Positions 24,301-37,054 of a stretch of 64,000 nucleotides of DNA are shown piece by piece (position 1 is the first letter of the stretch; the number at the start of each line of letters is the position of its first letter). The notes under the pieces were generated by a model. The model saw nothing but the letters and a program-made list of their open reading frames with translations, did not search any database and had not been told where the DNA came from. This DNA comes from Seison nebaliae. Its lineage: Eukaryota. Made by a program: the position numbers and the translations under genes. Location of the stretch: contig JALJEE010002208.1 in the NCBI GenBank assembly GCA_023231475.1, positions 1 through 64,000 on the forward strand, given 5' to 3'.

Positions 24301-24978
24301 CGATGATGAAATCGGAGAAATTGTGCGCAAAGGATTGTCTAGAAAGTGAAGAGATCTCGTGTAAGAGTTTCATTTATTGTCCGATTTTGAAAGAATGTTT
24401 CAAATTGGAACGACATTATGATTACAATATTTCTCATCATATCTATGCTCCTGGCGATTGTGTCCAATATTCCAGTTAGAATATTTCTATTAATATTCAT
24501 TTGAAAAACGATATCTCACCTTTCAGAACGAACATTAGAAGATTTCGCACGCATCCCACAAAAGGCATTAGCTGTGAAAGAGAAAGAACAAATTTATGGA
24601 ACAACAGTAATCACATGTGCCAACTTATGTTCGAATGATGATGGTATTGTTTGTACATACTTCGAATTCGATCGCACAAACAAAAGCTGTCGACTCTTTA
24701 ATACGAAAGATGAGAATATTAACAGTCTCATTGTCAACAATGCAAATCGTGATATTTATCGTCGTACATATTATGCCCAAGCATACAGACGTCGTACTCG
24801 AATAACCGTAACTAAAACCGTCAAAGACCATAAGGCAATGGCTGGAATTGGAATTGGAATGCTCATCTTAGGAATCGCAATACCATGTATCGCTTACCTC
24901 GTCTTGCAGAAATTTGCTCCATCCTTCTTACAAGGCAATCAACCCGCTGGCATCATCAATCCAGCCCGTCAACTATGA
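21307..24978 (+). CDS. Type I membrane protein: signal peptide, ependymin/LolA-like beta-rich repeats, about four PAN/Apple domains, TM, short tail; 13 exons
   Basis: 12 short GT..AG introns restore one frame. PAN pattern C-x3-C..C-x-S-F-x-Y/F-C..C-x-L repeated (DECASACEYEETYDCRSFSYC; LCAKDCLESEEISCKSFIYC; CANLCSNDDGIVCTYFEF). TM GIGIGMLILGIAIPCIAYLVL. The N-terminal domain call is tentative. Confidence 0.78.
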
Positions 24979-27900
24979 AATGAAGATCAAGAAGAAAAAT
25001 AAAATGTTTGATGTGAAATCAAATTTTTGGTATAAGTAAAACTGATAGAAGAAATTTCAAAAATTTTAATATAAAATTTTTATTCTATTTTAACATTGGT
25101 ACTAGTTCTCTTTATTGAGTATTTACCTCATTCCATTCAATGGATGTAGTTCGGATGAAATAGAATGAGAATTAGATAGATTAAAAATGATGTTATTGAT
25201 TAATGAATAAGAAATAAACGGATTGTATTTGATATAAATTCCATATGGAAGAGATTTATGTGGGAGAAAGGAAAATTATTTTTGGAATGGAAAACACGGG
25301 AAATTCTTCTTCCAACACAAACGACATAAAGATAGTATAGTCGAGACTATGATAAGAATTCTTCTCCATAAAACAAAAAGAAAAAGGAATTGGTTGAGAG
25401 TTAGTTGTACGGTGGGAGTTGAGGGAAGAGGAATTGGTTGGAGTTAGCTAGAGAATATAGAGATTTACGTAAACTATCTTATTTTTTGATCAATATCTTC
25501 CGCGTAACATTTTTTTCCGTTGGCATTTCAGTTCATTTGTCAGAGAATATTGAAGGTATTTTCGTATGAAAAGAAAATTAATTGATTTATTTGGCATTCG
25601 CCTGCTGATGCCATTAAGTAAGTGAATAGTGATGAGAATGAAATAAGAAGATGTTGATGGAAGAAGAATTTCACTTGCATTCCCATTCACCATCATCATA
25701 ATTAGGAACTGACTCAATTTTTATCGATAATGTTAATCGATTTTTATTTTACCGGGAACTGCTCTCATAAATCATCTCGATTTTCGAATGACAATTGCAT
25801 ATATTTATATATCTTTTCCTCATCGTTTCCTCGGTTAGCCACATCGAATAAGTTTGAAGTTGATTGACAACGAATTTCTCTTCATCAAATTCTCTATGAT
25901 CGATATGAATTGATGAATGGTTGTGAGAAGTAAGTGATGGAATGAGCAATGAAGATCTAATAATTCTCTTATCTTATTCAACTCTATCTGCAAATTGTCA
26001 AAAATACTTTCAATTATTCTCTTCCAAATTTTTTTCAATTACCATTTCTTCAAGAGTCGATGAAAAGTAAAGAAGAGAAGGAAGAAGATACCTTCATGCC
26101 CAAAAAAGAAGAAGCAATTCACTTGTGATTGTAAAGTATTGTGCACTTGATAGCTCTTGCATCGTCTAATGATCAATTTGCATATTCATAGAATTAGAAC
26201 AATTGTTTCTTGAAGAAACTTTCTTCCAATGTCATCCAATGCCTTTTGGGGCGAATTGTTAATAATTTTTTTTATTTAAAATAATCAACTAGATCATTCC
26301 ATGAGGAAAGAAAAGTGAAAATAGGAATCTTTCCAAATTTTTGAAGTTTAATTGGTAAAATGAAAAAGAATCTCATTCCGAGATGGAAATCTCAAATATT
26401 TCTCAGAAGAATTCTTCCGGTTCATTATATGATTTTTCTTCAGAGAATACGACGAAATAATTTCTATCGTTTTTCATGTTCTTCACTATCCTGAATAATT
26501 TATTATGTTAATTATTGTTTCCGCCAAAATGAATGGGTTTCAAATCGATGATTATCTTCCGAAAAAATGATGATGATGATGATTATGATGATGTAATTAT
26601 GAGGTAATTTTTCATTATTGGTGACAGGAAGGATATCGGTACGGAAGATATATTCATCTAACAGTCAGATGTGAAATTTACATCCAACCATTAAATGAAA
26701 AACGACAATGGAATTGGAGAATAAATTCGTCATTCTCTCGAATGCAGAACAAACGTCGTCATTCTCATTCATTTGTACCTTCAACAAATTAACATTCACT
26801 TCTTAATTCGCTTGATAATCGTCTTCTTCTTCTCGTTCATTTCCAATGATGTTGTTGACGTAAAAAATGATATTTATGATGAAGAGAAATCGATTAGAGA
26901 ATGCCAATAAATTTATGCTCAATCGAAATATAATCAATCAATAGTTGTCGATTATCGATTATTTCATCTTCTAAACATTCTTCTTTCTGTTTCATTTTCC
27001 TTTCAAAAGAAATTCTCCTCCTCCCATTTTTCTGGAAGGAAAATTGAACTAATTACTTCTAATTTATCATTTAAGTCAGCTGACTGATGATAAGTTAATG
27101 GTCTGATAGAGAATGATGGTTTTCGTTTGACACATGAAATTTGTTCGATTTGCAAAAAAAGGAATTCGTGCAATTTCGATTAGATCATTCAGAAAATGAA
27201 GGAAGGAACATGTGCAGCAATAGAGGAGATTTGTAACATGAACAATTGGAAGGAACTTCTTTTTTGTTTAGTCATTTGTTCGGAATCGTTCACATGTTTC
27301 CATTTAGTAAGTCATGAAGCAATTCTTCTTCATATTGTTTTCTCATTCAACATATCGTCAACATATGTGAGAGAGAGGAAAGGTGAGGGATAAATGAAAC
27401 TGTTTCAACATCAAATTTCCAAAAATTTGAATTCTATACGAAAAATTTTCCTTTTATTTCCTTCATCTATTTCTCTTCATTCTCTTCTATTTCTTCCCGT
27501 TACACCATCGCACACAAATAAATATTATCATGAGACAGTTCAGAAACTTGACAATTCGACGATACAACCTATTGACGAATGAGACGATGACAATTTTTGA
27601 AAATAAATGATGAATCAATTGACATTGGAGACGTAGGAAAGATTGACGGCTCATTTTCTAAATTAAAACTTTTCTTTGTAATTTTATAGTTTTATAAATA
27701 GAATTTCATATGATGAACTTTTATTGTAAGTAATTTAATGGGAGAAATATTTGAAGTTTATACGGAATGTAAGTTTCAGATTGTAATGTAAATCGTAAAA
27801 AGAAAATAACAGAATGTAGAAGTAGCCGATTATTAATTGTTTGGGAGACTGAGAAATTGCTTCCACCTCTTCTCTCTAATTCGTGTTCCACTCCTTTCTT

Positions 27901-28066
27901 CTACCACACACACACTCACTAAACTGATTTGTGCGAAATGGAATTCACTCCATGTCCTACATGACAATGTGTATCGAGAATTTCCTTTCGTATCATCAAT
28001 CATTTGATTTCTAAAAATTTTATGGTAAATTAATGTTGCACTAACACTCGTCTCGCAGAGAATGTA

Positions 28067-31000
28067 ATGGTGAATAGAGAACTTCGTATCTTCTCACCTT
28101 TCGGCAATTACTTCAGTATCGAATGTGACGAGAATTCACTAGTTAAGGTTAGTGGCAATCGAATTTGAATGAAAGAAAATAAAATAATACATTTTAAGGA
28201 GATTCTCAAGAAGATTAGCAGTGAAATCGAAAAGAATACTTCATGGAAATTTTTTGCAATTCGATTTGTTGAACAACAAAAGAATAATCATATTACCAAT
28301 CATCAACAACAACAACCACAACAATATCGTCAAAATGATAATCGTAGAATTATCCATTGGTTTCATCCGTTATTGCCAATCTCTTATTATTCGGAGACAT
28401 TACAAATATTTTCTGAGAAGAAATTCATAATTTCTCATACGAATGATCAGAATGAAACAAAGCCAACGGAACAACAATTGGTAACAATCCAATCCAATCA
28501 ACAACAACGACAACAACAACAACAACAACCAATTCGTTCAACTATACCAATAATATCAAACAATATGGTCCCAGATAAAGAATATTTATGTAACAATTAT
28601 TCCAGGTTAGTAAATTTTGTGTAAGTGGAATTAAGGGAAAAAAACCATCGAAATTTAGATGAACGATATTATTTATGATAAGCGCTTATCATTAACCATT
28701 TAGTTCATTTCTTTTCCATAATTCTTCTTCCTCCCTTCCTTCAACGTTTAACTTTCCGTTTATTTGTCGATGAACAGATTGGAGATCCGGATACGATATC
28801 ATTTCGAGAATGTCGATGCATTCATTACACATTATCCACAAACGGCCAATTTCCTGTATCAGCAAGTCTATCAGGATTATATCAATCTTTATGCGATTCG
28901 AACATCGATCGATATGGCGTTATTTTTAGGCGCAATTCTATTAAAGAAACATTGTCGAAGTGTTTCACTTCATGTGTTCGATAAGAAATCAAATTGGCCT
29001 TTCCTCTGTCAATACTTCCCATTATCAGTCTTAACTTCTTATAAGGTTCGAATCATTCACTTCTTGTTCTCATAATTTTCTTCCTTTCATCTCTCCTCCA
29101 ATTTCTTTCACATTCACTTCTTTTTTAGCCGAGCAAAATGAAGAAATATTTTAAACGTCTATTCACTGAAACACCAACTAATGAGAAGATACCATCATTA
29201 AGAATCGAATCTCCAAGAAATAATCGAAATGAAAATTTGAAAAATTTGACAACGGTTACTTCCATGACGAATACGAATAAAACGAATAATAATAAAAATA
29301 ATAATAATACTAATAATATATTTAATGAGAATCAATTGATGTCCATGTTTTTGAAGCATGTGAAGAAAGTGTGGTTGTACGAGACGGCTTGTATCACTTG
29401 TTATTTTAATTTCGATTTAGTTCAAGTGAATGTTACCGTTAATTATGCGGAAGGATTGACCGTCAAAAAATCATCAAATGAAATATTGTTGAATGTTCTC
29501 TTATCACGAATTGTCTCACTGGAATGTATTGACGAAGAGACGGGGAATTTATATTCTTTAAAAGTCATCTGTTCAGTTCTCCCTTCCAAACTTCTCACAA
29601 ATCAAACGAATATCATCACTACCAACACCACCATCACCACCACCACCAACAATAACAACAGTAACAGCAATAATCATTACAGTAATGAAGAGAATGGTTT
29701 GAGTAATTTTTATCTTCTATTCACATCGAAATGTCAACGACTCAATTTCATCTCATTGATCGATGGTTATCTGTTATTCCTCAATAATACGGAAGAATCG
29801 ATTTGGAAGAAATTGAAAGAGAAATTCCATCAGAATTCCACTCTCCCACAAAACGAAAAGAAAAGTTTCATTCTTCAATTTCTATGTTTCATTCTCTTAT
29901 TTATCATTCTTTCCGTTCTTTAGAAGAATTCCGTTTTCAGAGAACGAAATCGATTGAAGGTTTCTTTTTAAAAGAATTTCATTGAATAATTTATATGTAT
30001 GATATTTGAAGATGAAGATATTCCAGAAATCGATGGTGAAGATGTTATTCTGAAGAAACATTTGAACGACGGTTTCTTTGGAACAGTCTATGAAGCAGTT
30101 TATAAAACGGCAGCTGGTCACCATTTACCGGTGGCAATCAAAACGCCGAAAGTCAACGACGATAATAATGACAAAGATTTTTATATTCAAGAATTGATGA
30201 ATGAAGCAAGTTTGATGTGAAATTTTCGATAATAAATTATTTCAATTTTATCTTTTTTCGAAATAGAAATGATGAATCGATTAAGTAATGAGAATATCGT
30301 TCAATTGATAGGGATATCGAAATCGAATAAATTTTATTTGATCATGGAATTGGCGAGTAATGGACCATTGAATCGTTATTTGCAGGAATGTTCTAAAAAT
30401 CATAATAGATTAACAAAAGAGAAATTGTTGAATTATTGTGAGGCAATTGGCGACGCTATTGAATATATTCATGAGAGGAAGATAATTCATCGAGACATCG
30501 CTTGTAGGAACGTTCTGATGATTGATGAGGAACGAGTCAAATTAAGTGATTTCGGTTTAGCTCGACAATTATCCACTCAAACTAATTCCGTCTTTCCAAA
30601 CAATTTGGGCGATTATGATATGTATGAGCAACATACGAGACAAAAAATACCGATCAAATGGATGGCACCAGAAAGTATCAATTTCCGTCAATTTTTCAAA
30701 TCTTCCGATATTTGGATGTTCGGAGTTTGTATGTGGGAGATATTCTCGTATGGTGTCAAACCATGGAGTAATCGATCGAATCGTGAAATATCTTCCATTT
30801 TGGAGGTAGGTGAACGACTCCTCCAACCAGACGATGTTCCTGACACGTTATATAATTTGATGAATAATTGTTGGTTTTATGATACGAAGAAACGACCGTC
30901 AATAGCGATTATTAATGAATGTTTGTATAAGATTAAATTGATAGTTCAATCATCGATAATTAATCCGTTATTCAATGATCATGACAATCAACTTTTGACG

Positions 31001-32146
31001 ATCGTTTCATCCGATCTTCTCACTTCCACCATCACTTCTACAATTACCACTTCAATTAACAATCAACAAACAACAACAACAACAACAACAACACCAACAA
31101 CAACAGCTATTGTAACTCCATCAGCAATTGTATCGAATAATAAAATGAATTCAATTGAGAATAATCATAATAATAGTAATAAGATGGATAATAATAGAAA
31201 TAAAGAGAAAATGAGGAATTTGGTGAAGAAAATTCTCTCGAATGACAATTCGGAACTATTCCAAAAGAAATCGATGAATAATGATGAAATGGAATTGAAG
31301 AAGAAGATTCAATTGAATAAACTCAACGATCAGAAACGTAGTGAGAGTAGTGACAGTTTCCAAATTCGACGATTCCTCCCACCATCCTCCAATAAAGAGA
31401 CGTCTTTCCGTCCAACACATCCAACAACCACATTCTCAAATCACATTCGCAAGTCACCATCGACACATACTCTATTCAGTTTATTCGCATTGAATTCAGT
31501 TAACACGTCGAATTTGGACGATGCGATTGTCGATGAAGAAATGAGACGAATCGACATCTTGAAAGAATTGGAGACAATTCTCGATCATGAATGTTTCCAA
31601 GTCATCACGTCACTGGACGACAATAAACAAATGAATGATATTACTAATGCCACTTCCTCCGTTTCGTTGATGGAGAAACAGATTATCGAATATAATACAC
31701 GTCTACAACAGATCGGGAAGAATCTCATCAAATCCATTTATCGAATGGAGAAGGAACGAACAATCGACAACGACGATAAACAATCGATGGACTACGCAAA
31801 AAAGATAAGAATGCAATTGAAAAGTCTCATAAATTGTTCGAAGAGAATAATGGAAATTATGGAAAGTCTCCAAGATATCAACCAGAAAGATCTTCTCCAA
31901 TACTCTTATCACAATCAACAATTCACGTCCGATGAGAATCAACAACGTCATTTTCACGATGAGAAAAAGTTTATTCGTCAACAACAATTCGATGTCATGT
32001 ACAATATTCTTGAAGAGAATGCCACTAATTTATTAGACGAATGTCGAAAGAATGAATCCATCTCACTTACCTCGTTAACTTTAGGAAAGAATGTCAAACT
32101 TCTTTACGAAACGATTGCTCGATATTCCACCTCATTAATCAAATGA
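28067..32146 (+). CDS. PTK2: Focal adhesion kinase (FAK/PYK2 family): FERM, tyrosine kinase, FAT-like C-terminus
   Basis: Introns 28148-28198, 28606-28777, 29046-29128, 29865-29923, 29960-30011, 30210-30266. FERM RLEIRIRY and SLIDGY; kinase HRDIACRNVL, KLSDFGL, IPIKWMAPESINFRQF..SDIWMFGVCMWEI..YGVKP (FAK-diagnostic). Start codon tentative. Confidence 0.9.
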
Positions 32147-32437
32147 GATCGACATTGAAAATTTGCCAATTCTTTGATTCAAATCATTTTACAATTGTGA
32201 AGTGACCAAATATCCTGAAAAATTCTTTTTTCAAAAAAGTTTCACAGAACATTCTAAATTTAATTTTTCCTCAAAATGAACAAACTTTAACTTATCTCCA
32301 TTTGACTCTACTTTTCCATTAATTCATTTCAAAAGAAAAATTCAATGAAATTTAGAACAATCCTTAAAATTTCTATTGAGGAAAAATGAAATTTCATTTA
32401 AATTTCGTTTCCATACATACATTTCATTATTTATGAA

Positions 32438-32660
32438 ATTTCGGTGTTAAAAAAATAATTAAAAAAAAATTTCAGTTTTGAGGCATAAACTAAAAAAGTT
32501 TCAGGTAAAAAAAAATAACTTAAAAATTTTCAGTTTAGAGAAAAAAACCTAAAAAGAATTATAGTTTTTAAAAATAAACAAAAAAAATTTGTAAATGTCG
32601 AACAAATGAAACTTTAAAACTTTCTATTTAAGAGCAAACAAAAATAAATTTCACTTTAAA
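32438..32660. repeat. Degenerate ~30-bp A-rich tandem repeat
   Basis: Recurring unit tttcagtttt...aaaaaa.ctaaaaaaa, about 6-7 imperfect copies between FAK and COX5B. Confidence 0.5.
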
Positions 32661-33001
32661 AAAAGTTAGAGAAACAGTTATATTTTTTGGCGGAAACAAA
32701 AAACTATAAAATTTCAATATATATATATGAGTTCTAACCCATTTGTATCAAGAGAATGAAAGAATAAGCAGTTCTCTATTAATATAATTGAAGAGTATAA
32801 TTGGATTTGAGGAGGATTGTTTAGAGAATTTAATGAAATCGATAACTAATAATTTTAACAAAATGAATAATGAAAAGAGAAAGATTTGAGGAGAAGTATC
32901 AAAATTTTATTGAAATTATTCTCTCAATCACATTTCTATTAAAGGTAACGGAAATATCTCTTTGCTAATTCATCCAATTTCACATGTCATCTCATCATTT
33001 T

Positions 33002-33612
33002 TCATGCAACTTGCTTCGTTTCTGCCGGTGCGGGAAGTTCATATTGATCCAATTCTTTCGGGAATTGATATTCCACCAATTTGAACCAATGTCCACATCG
33101 ACATCTTTGTGCCTCACCGTCATATATCCACATCCAAACTATCGTCGTTGCATCTTCTTCACCTGAAGAAAAAAAATAATTTGGAGAAGATTTCTAGAAA
33201 AGAATTCGAACAGACACATCCAATCAATCGTCGATCGAAGGTACTTGACACAATATTGGGATTGTCTTTCGTACTATTTTCAATTCGTTTCTTTCCTCCC
33301 ATATCATAAGGATCCTAAAAATGAATGGAGAATTATTTGGAAGAGATATGATAATTCTAACATCAATTCCAATTTTTTTCATTGCCATCTCAAATCGTTC
33401 GACACCAACCGCATGCTCCCATGGATCGGGTAAGGCTAAAAGTGGAATTCATATTCGTTGACAATAAACGAAATGAGGAAAAGATAACGAATGAATCCTT
33501 TTGGTTTAGCTGGTAGTTCAGATTTGGATGCGTATACTACTCCACAAGTATGGAGAGCGGATACGCGTTGTAAAGCCAATTGGCCGACTCGTTTACCACA
33601 GCTGCTCAACAT
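33002..33612 (-). CDS. COX5B: Cytochrome c oxidase subunit 5B, 4 exons (missed by the ORF track)
   Basis: Spliced product MLSSCGKRVGQLALQRV..LPDPWEHAVGVERFEM..DDPYDM..STKDNPNIVSSTFDRRLIGCVCEEDATTIVWMWIYDGEAQRCRCGHWFKLV, with the Zn-binding cysteines and a mitochondrial presequence. Three GTT introns. Confidence 0.93.
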
Positions 33613-33947
33613 GAGAACTAATGAAAAGTGTTTAATATATTTAAATCTAATAAATTTATTAGAAGAAGCAAACTGTTCGAACAGCCAAATATTTGTTTAG
33701 AAAAGTGATTGAATAATTGGAATTTTGATAAGATAAAAAATTCATAAAAATATTCAAAACTTTCGCTTTTATTCTCGTTCAAACATTGGGAATAGAATCA
33801 AATGAATTTTTCCAGAATTCATTAATGAGAAGAAATCATGGGTTGAAGAATAAAAACTTAACATTTGAAAAATTGTAAATTTGAAAAATTTTTGAAAAGA
33901 AAATTCTTCGTAAATTTATGTTGACGTTTTGGCTAGCATGAATTGTA

Positions 33948-34181
33948 TGACGTGTAATTAGATGAATGAATTGGCGTTATAGTCGTCGCAGTGGAGTTTG
34001 ACGAGGGCGAGAGAGATGAGAAGGAGGCCGTTTAACTTTACACAATAATGTATACGTGTGCTTTGTCTAGTTGTCGAGAGGGGAAGACAGAAGAGAAAGA
34101 AAAAAAAGAATTTTCTATTTTAAAGATGACGTGTCAGTCATTTATTGAATAAGTCCATTTTCACTCTATGTCTATATATAA
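33948..34181 (+). promoter_or_regulatory. Putative UPR-responsive promoter of HSP90B1
   Basis: TGACGTGT at 33948-33955 and 34127-34134 (XBP1/ATF6 UPRE-like); TATATATAA at 34173-34181, upstream of an ER chaperone gene. Confidence 0.45.
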
Positions 34182-34479
34182 GTGGAAATAAGAAACTTAT
34201 TTTTTACATTCAAAAAAAATTTTTTTCTTTTTCATTTTTTTACTTTGCAAAATATTTCGATTGTTTCTTTTTCCATTTTGCACGATCGACTCGACTCCAC
34301 TCGATTTGAATTCGATTTGAATTCTATTTGAATCTCCAATCATCTCTCACTCAAAAAAAATTCTTAATCCAACTACCATTTCCCCTTAATTATTCTATTA
34401 TACCAGATACTTCTTTTTTTTGGTTTTTCCATTTGTCTTCTATTCTATAGTTTTTCCTGGGAACGGGCCTGATAAAACG

Positions 34480-37054
34480 ATGAGGAAGAATAAAATTTTC
34501 TTTTGTTTTACTTTGATACTTGTTTGTACTTCGATCGTTCATTGTGACGACGAAACGGTGACAGAAGATGACGTTGTCAATGTCGATGAGAAGATTGAGA
34601 AGATGCACGAAGGAACGGATGATGAAGTGGCTGATCGTGAAGAACAGTCGATCAAATTGGACGGACTAAATGCACAACAAATGAAAGAGATGAAAGAACG
34701 AGCGGAGAAATTTGCTTTCCAAGCGGAAGTGAGTCGAATGATGAAACTTATCATCAACTCATTGTATAAGAATAAGGAGATATTCTTAAGAGAATTGATT
34801 TCAAATGCATCAGATGCATTGGACAAAATCCGATTTTTGTCTTTGACTGACAAATCACTTCTGGGTGACAATGAAGAGTTGGTGATAAGAATCAAAGCTG
34901 ATTTGGAGAATGGTATGATTCATATTACTGATACTGGTATTGGTATGACAAAGAAACATCTAATCGATTATTTGGGAACGATCGCTAAATCGGAAACGAG
35001 CGAATTCTTGAAACGTATCGCCAATGCAAAAGAAGAAGATAAAGGAGGACTTAACGACTTAATTGGTCAATTTGGTGTTGGTTTCTATTCGTCATTCTTA
35101 GTCGCTGATAAAGTCATTGTGGCATCCAAACATAATGATGATGACAAACAATATATTTGGGAATCGGATGCGATGGAATTCTCCATCACAGAAGATCCGA
35201 GAGGAAACACTTTGGGACGTGGTACGACTATCACGCTCGTTCTGAAAGAAGAGGCTCAGGAATTTTTGAAACAAACCAAATTACGAGAGATCGTTCATAA
35301 ATATTCTCAATTCATAAATTTCAATATTTATCTTTGGGAGAGTAAAACGGAAATGGTAGAAGTTCCAGATGAAGATGTAGAAGAAGAAACGGCAGAGAAA
35401 GTGGAAAAAGAAGAAGCAGAAAAGAAAAAGAAGGAAGAAGAAGATGAAGAAGAGAAGAAAGATGATGAAGAAAAGAAGAGTGATGAAGATGAAGATGGTG
35501 CAGTGGAAGAGGAGAAGGAGAAGAAAACGAAGAAAGTTGAGAAAACAGTTTGGGATTGGATTCTCATCAATGAATCCAAACCGATTTGGCAACGAAAACC
35601 AAATGAGATTACTGACGCTGAATATAATGAATTTTATAAATCCTTCACTAAAGAAGCCATTGAGCCTATGTCTCACACTCATTTCATTGCTGAAGGAGAA
35701 GTTTCATTCAAATCTATTCTCTTCATTCCAAAATCCGGTCCACATGATCTCTATCAAAATTATGGAAAACGAAAGGAACAAATTAAATTGTATGTTCGTC
35801 GAGTTTTCATCACTGATGATTTCGAAGATATGATGCCAAAATATTTGTCGTTTGTGAAAGGTGTTGTCGATTCGGATGATTTGCCATTGAACGTGTCTCG
35901 TGAGACTCTCCAACAATTAAAATTGTTGAAAGTGATCAAGAAGAAATTGGTGAGGAAAGTGATCGAAATGATCAAGAAGATTTCTATCGATCGTCCAGCA
36001 GAATACGAAGATTTCTGGAAAGAATATTCTACCAGTATCAAATTGGGAATTATCGAAGATAATCACAATAGAAATCGATTGGTGAAATTGTTGAGATTCT
36101 TCTCATCTAACTCACCTACTGAACGAACTAGTTTGGAAGATTATGTTGGACGAATGAAAGAAAAACAGACGTCCATTTTCTACATTGCAGGAACGAATCG
36201 AGAACAATTGGAACAATCTCCATTTGTAGAATCGTTATTGAAACGAGGATACGAAGTATTATATTTGGTCGATCCGATTGATGAATATACTATGCAATCA
36301 CTCTCCGATTTCGATAAGAAGAAATTCCAAAATGTTGCAAAAGAAGGCTTAGAATTACAAGAGAGTAGCAAAGCGAAAGAACGTAAAGAACAAGTGAAGA
36401 AACATTTCGAGCCACTCACTAAATGGTTGAAAGAAAATGGATTGAAAGATAAAATTTCTGATGCTCAAATTTCTGACCGTTTAGCTGATTCTCCATGTGC
36501 ATTGGTTGCTAGTCGTTATGGATATTCTGGAAATATGGAACGAATTGCCAAATCACAAGCATACCAAAAAACCGGTACTGATGCCATGGGACAAATGTCG
36601 AAGAAAATCTTCGAAATCAATCCACGACATCCACTCATCAAAGAATTGTTGAATCGAGTTGAGAGTTCATCTGACGACCAATCCACTACTGATCTAGCCA
36701 CACTATTATTCGAATCAGCTACCATTCGATCTGGTTTCGATGTGAGTGATGCAGCTTCATTCTCTTCTCGAATCGATCGAATGTTGAAATTATCCATGGG
36801 AATTTCACCAGACGAGAAGGTTTTATTTAAATTTCATTTTTATCTTTCATTCTTTTATTAATTTGTCTGTGTGTGTTATTAAGGTGGAAGAGGATCCGAA
36901 TCTCATTGAAGAAGAAGAAGAAGACGCCGCTGAAACGGATACGGTGAAAGCAGACGAAGACGAAGAAGTAGAAGATCCAGAAGATGAGAAATTGACAGAC
37001 GAGGAACGTGATATTAAATATGACGAGAAAGCGGAAGGTAAAGAAGAATTATAA
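34480..37054 (+). CDS. HSP90B1: Endoplasmin / GRP94 (ER HSP90)
   Basis: Signal peptide from ATG 34480; [49 protein letters not shown]. One intron 36820-36883 (GTT..AAG). Ends in the ER-retention signal KEEL. Confidence 0.97.

Noticed and set aside
25490..26610. Coding-like fragments and possible small introns between the PAN-protein gene and FAK
   Set aside because: No consistent start-to-stop model or recognisable homology could be built.
32438..32660. CRISPR-like periodic repeat
   Set aside because: Degenerate A-tract minisatellite without unique spacers, in eukaryotic DNA with no cas genes.
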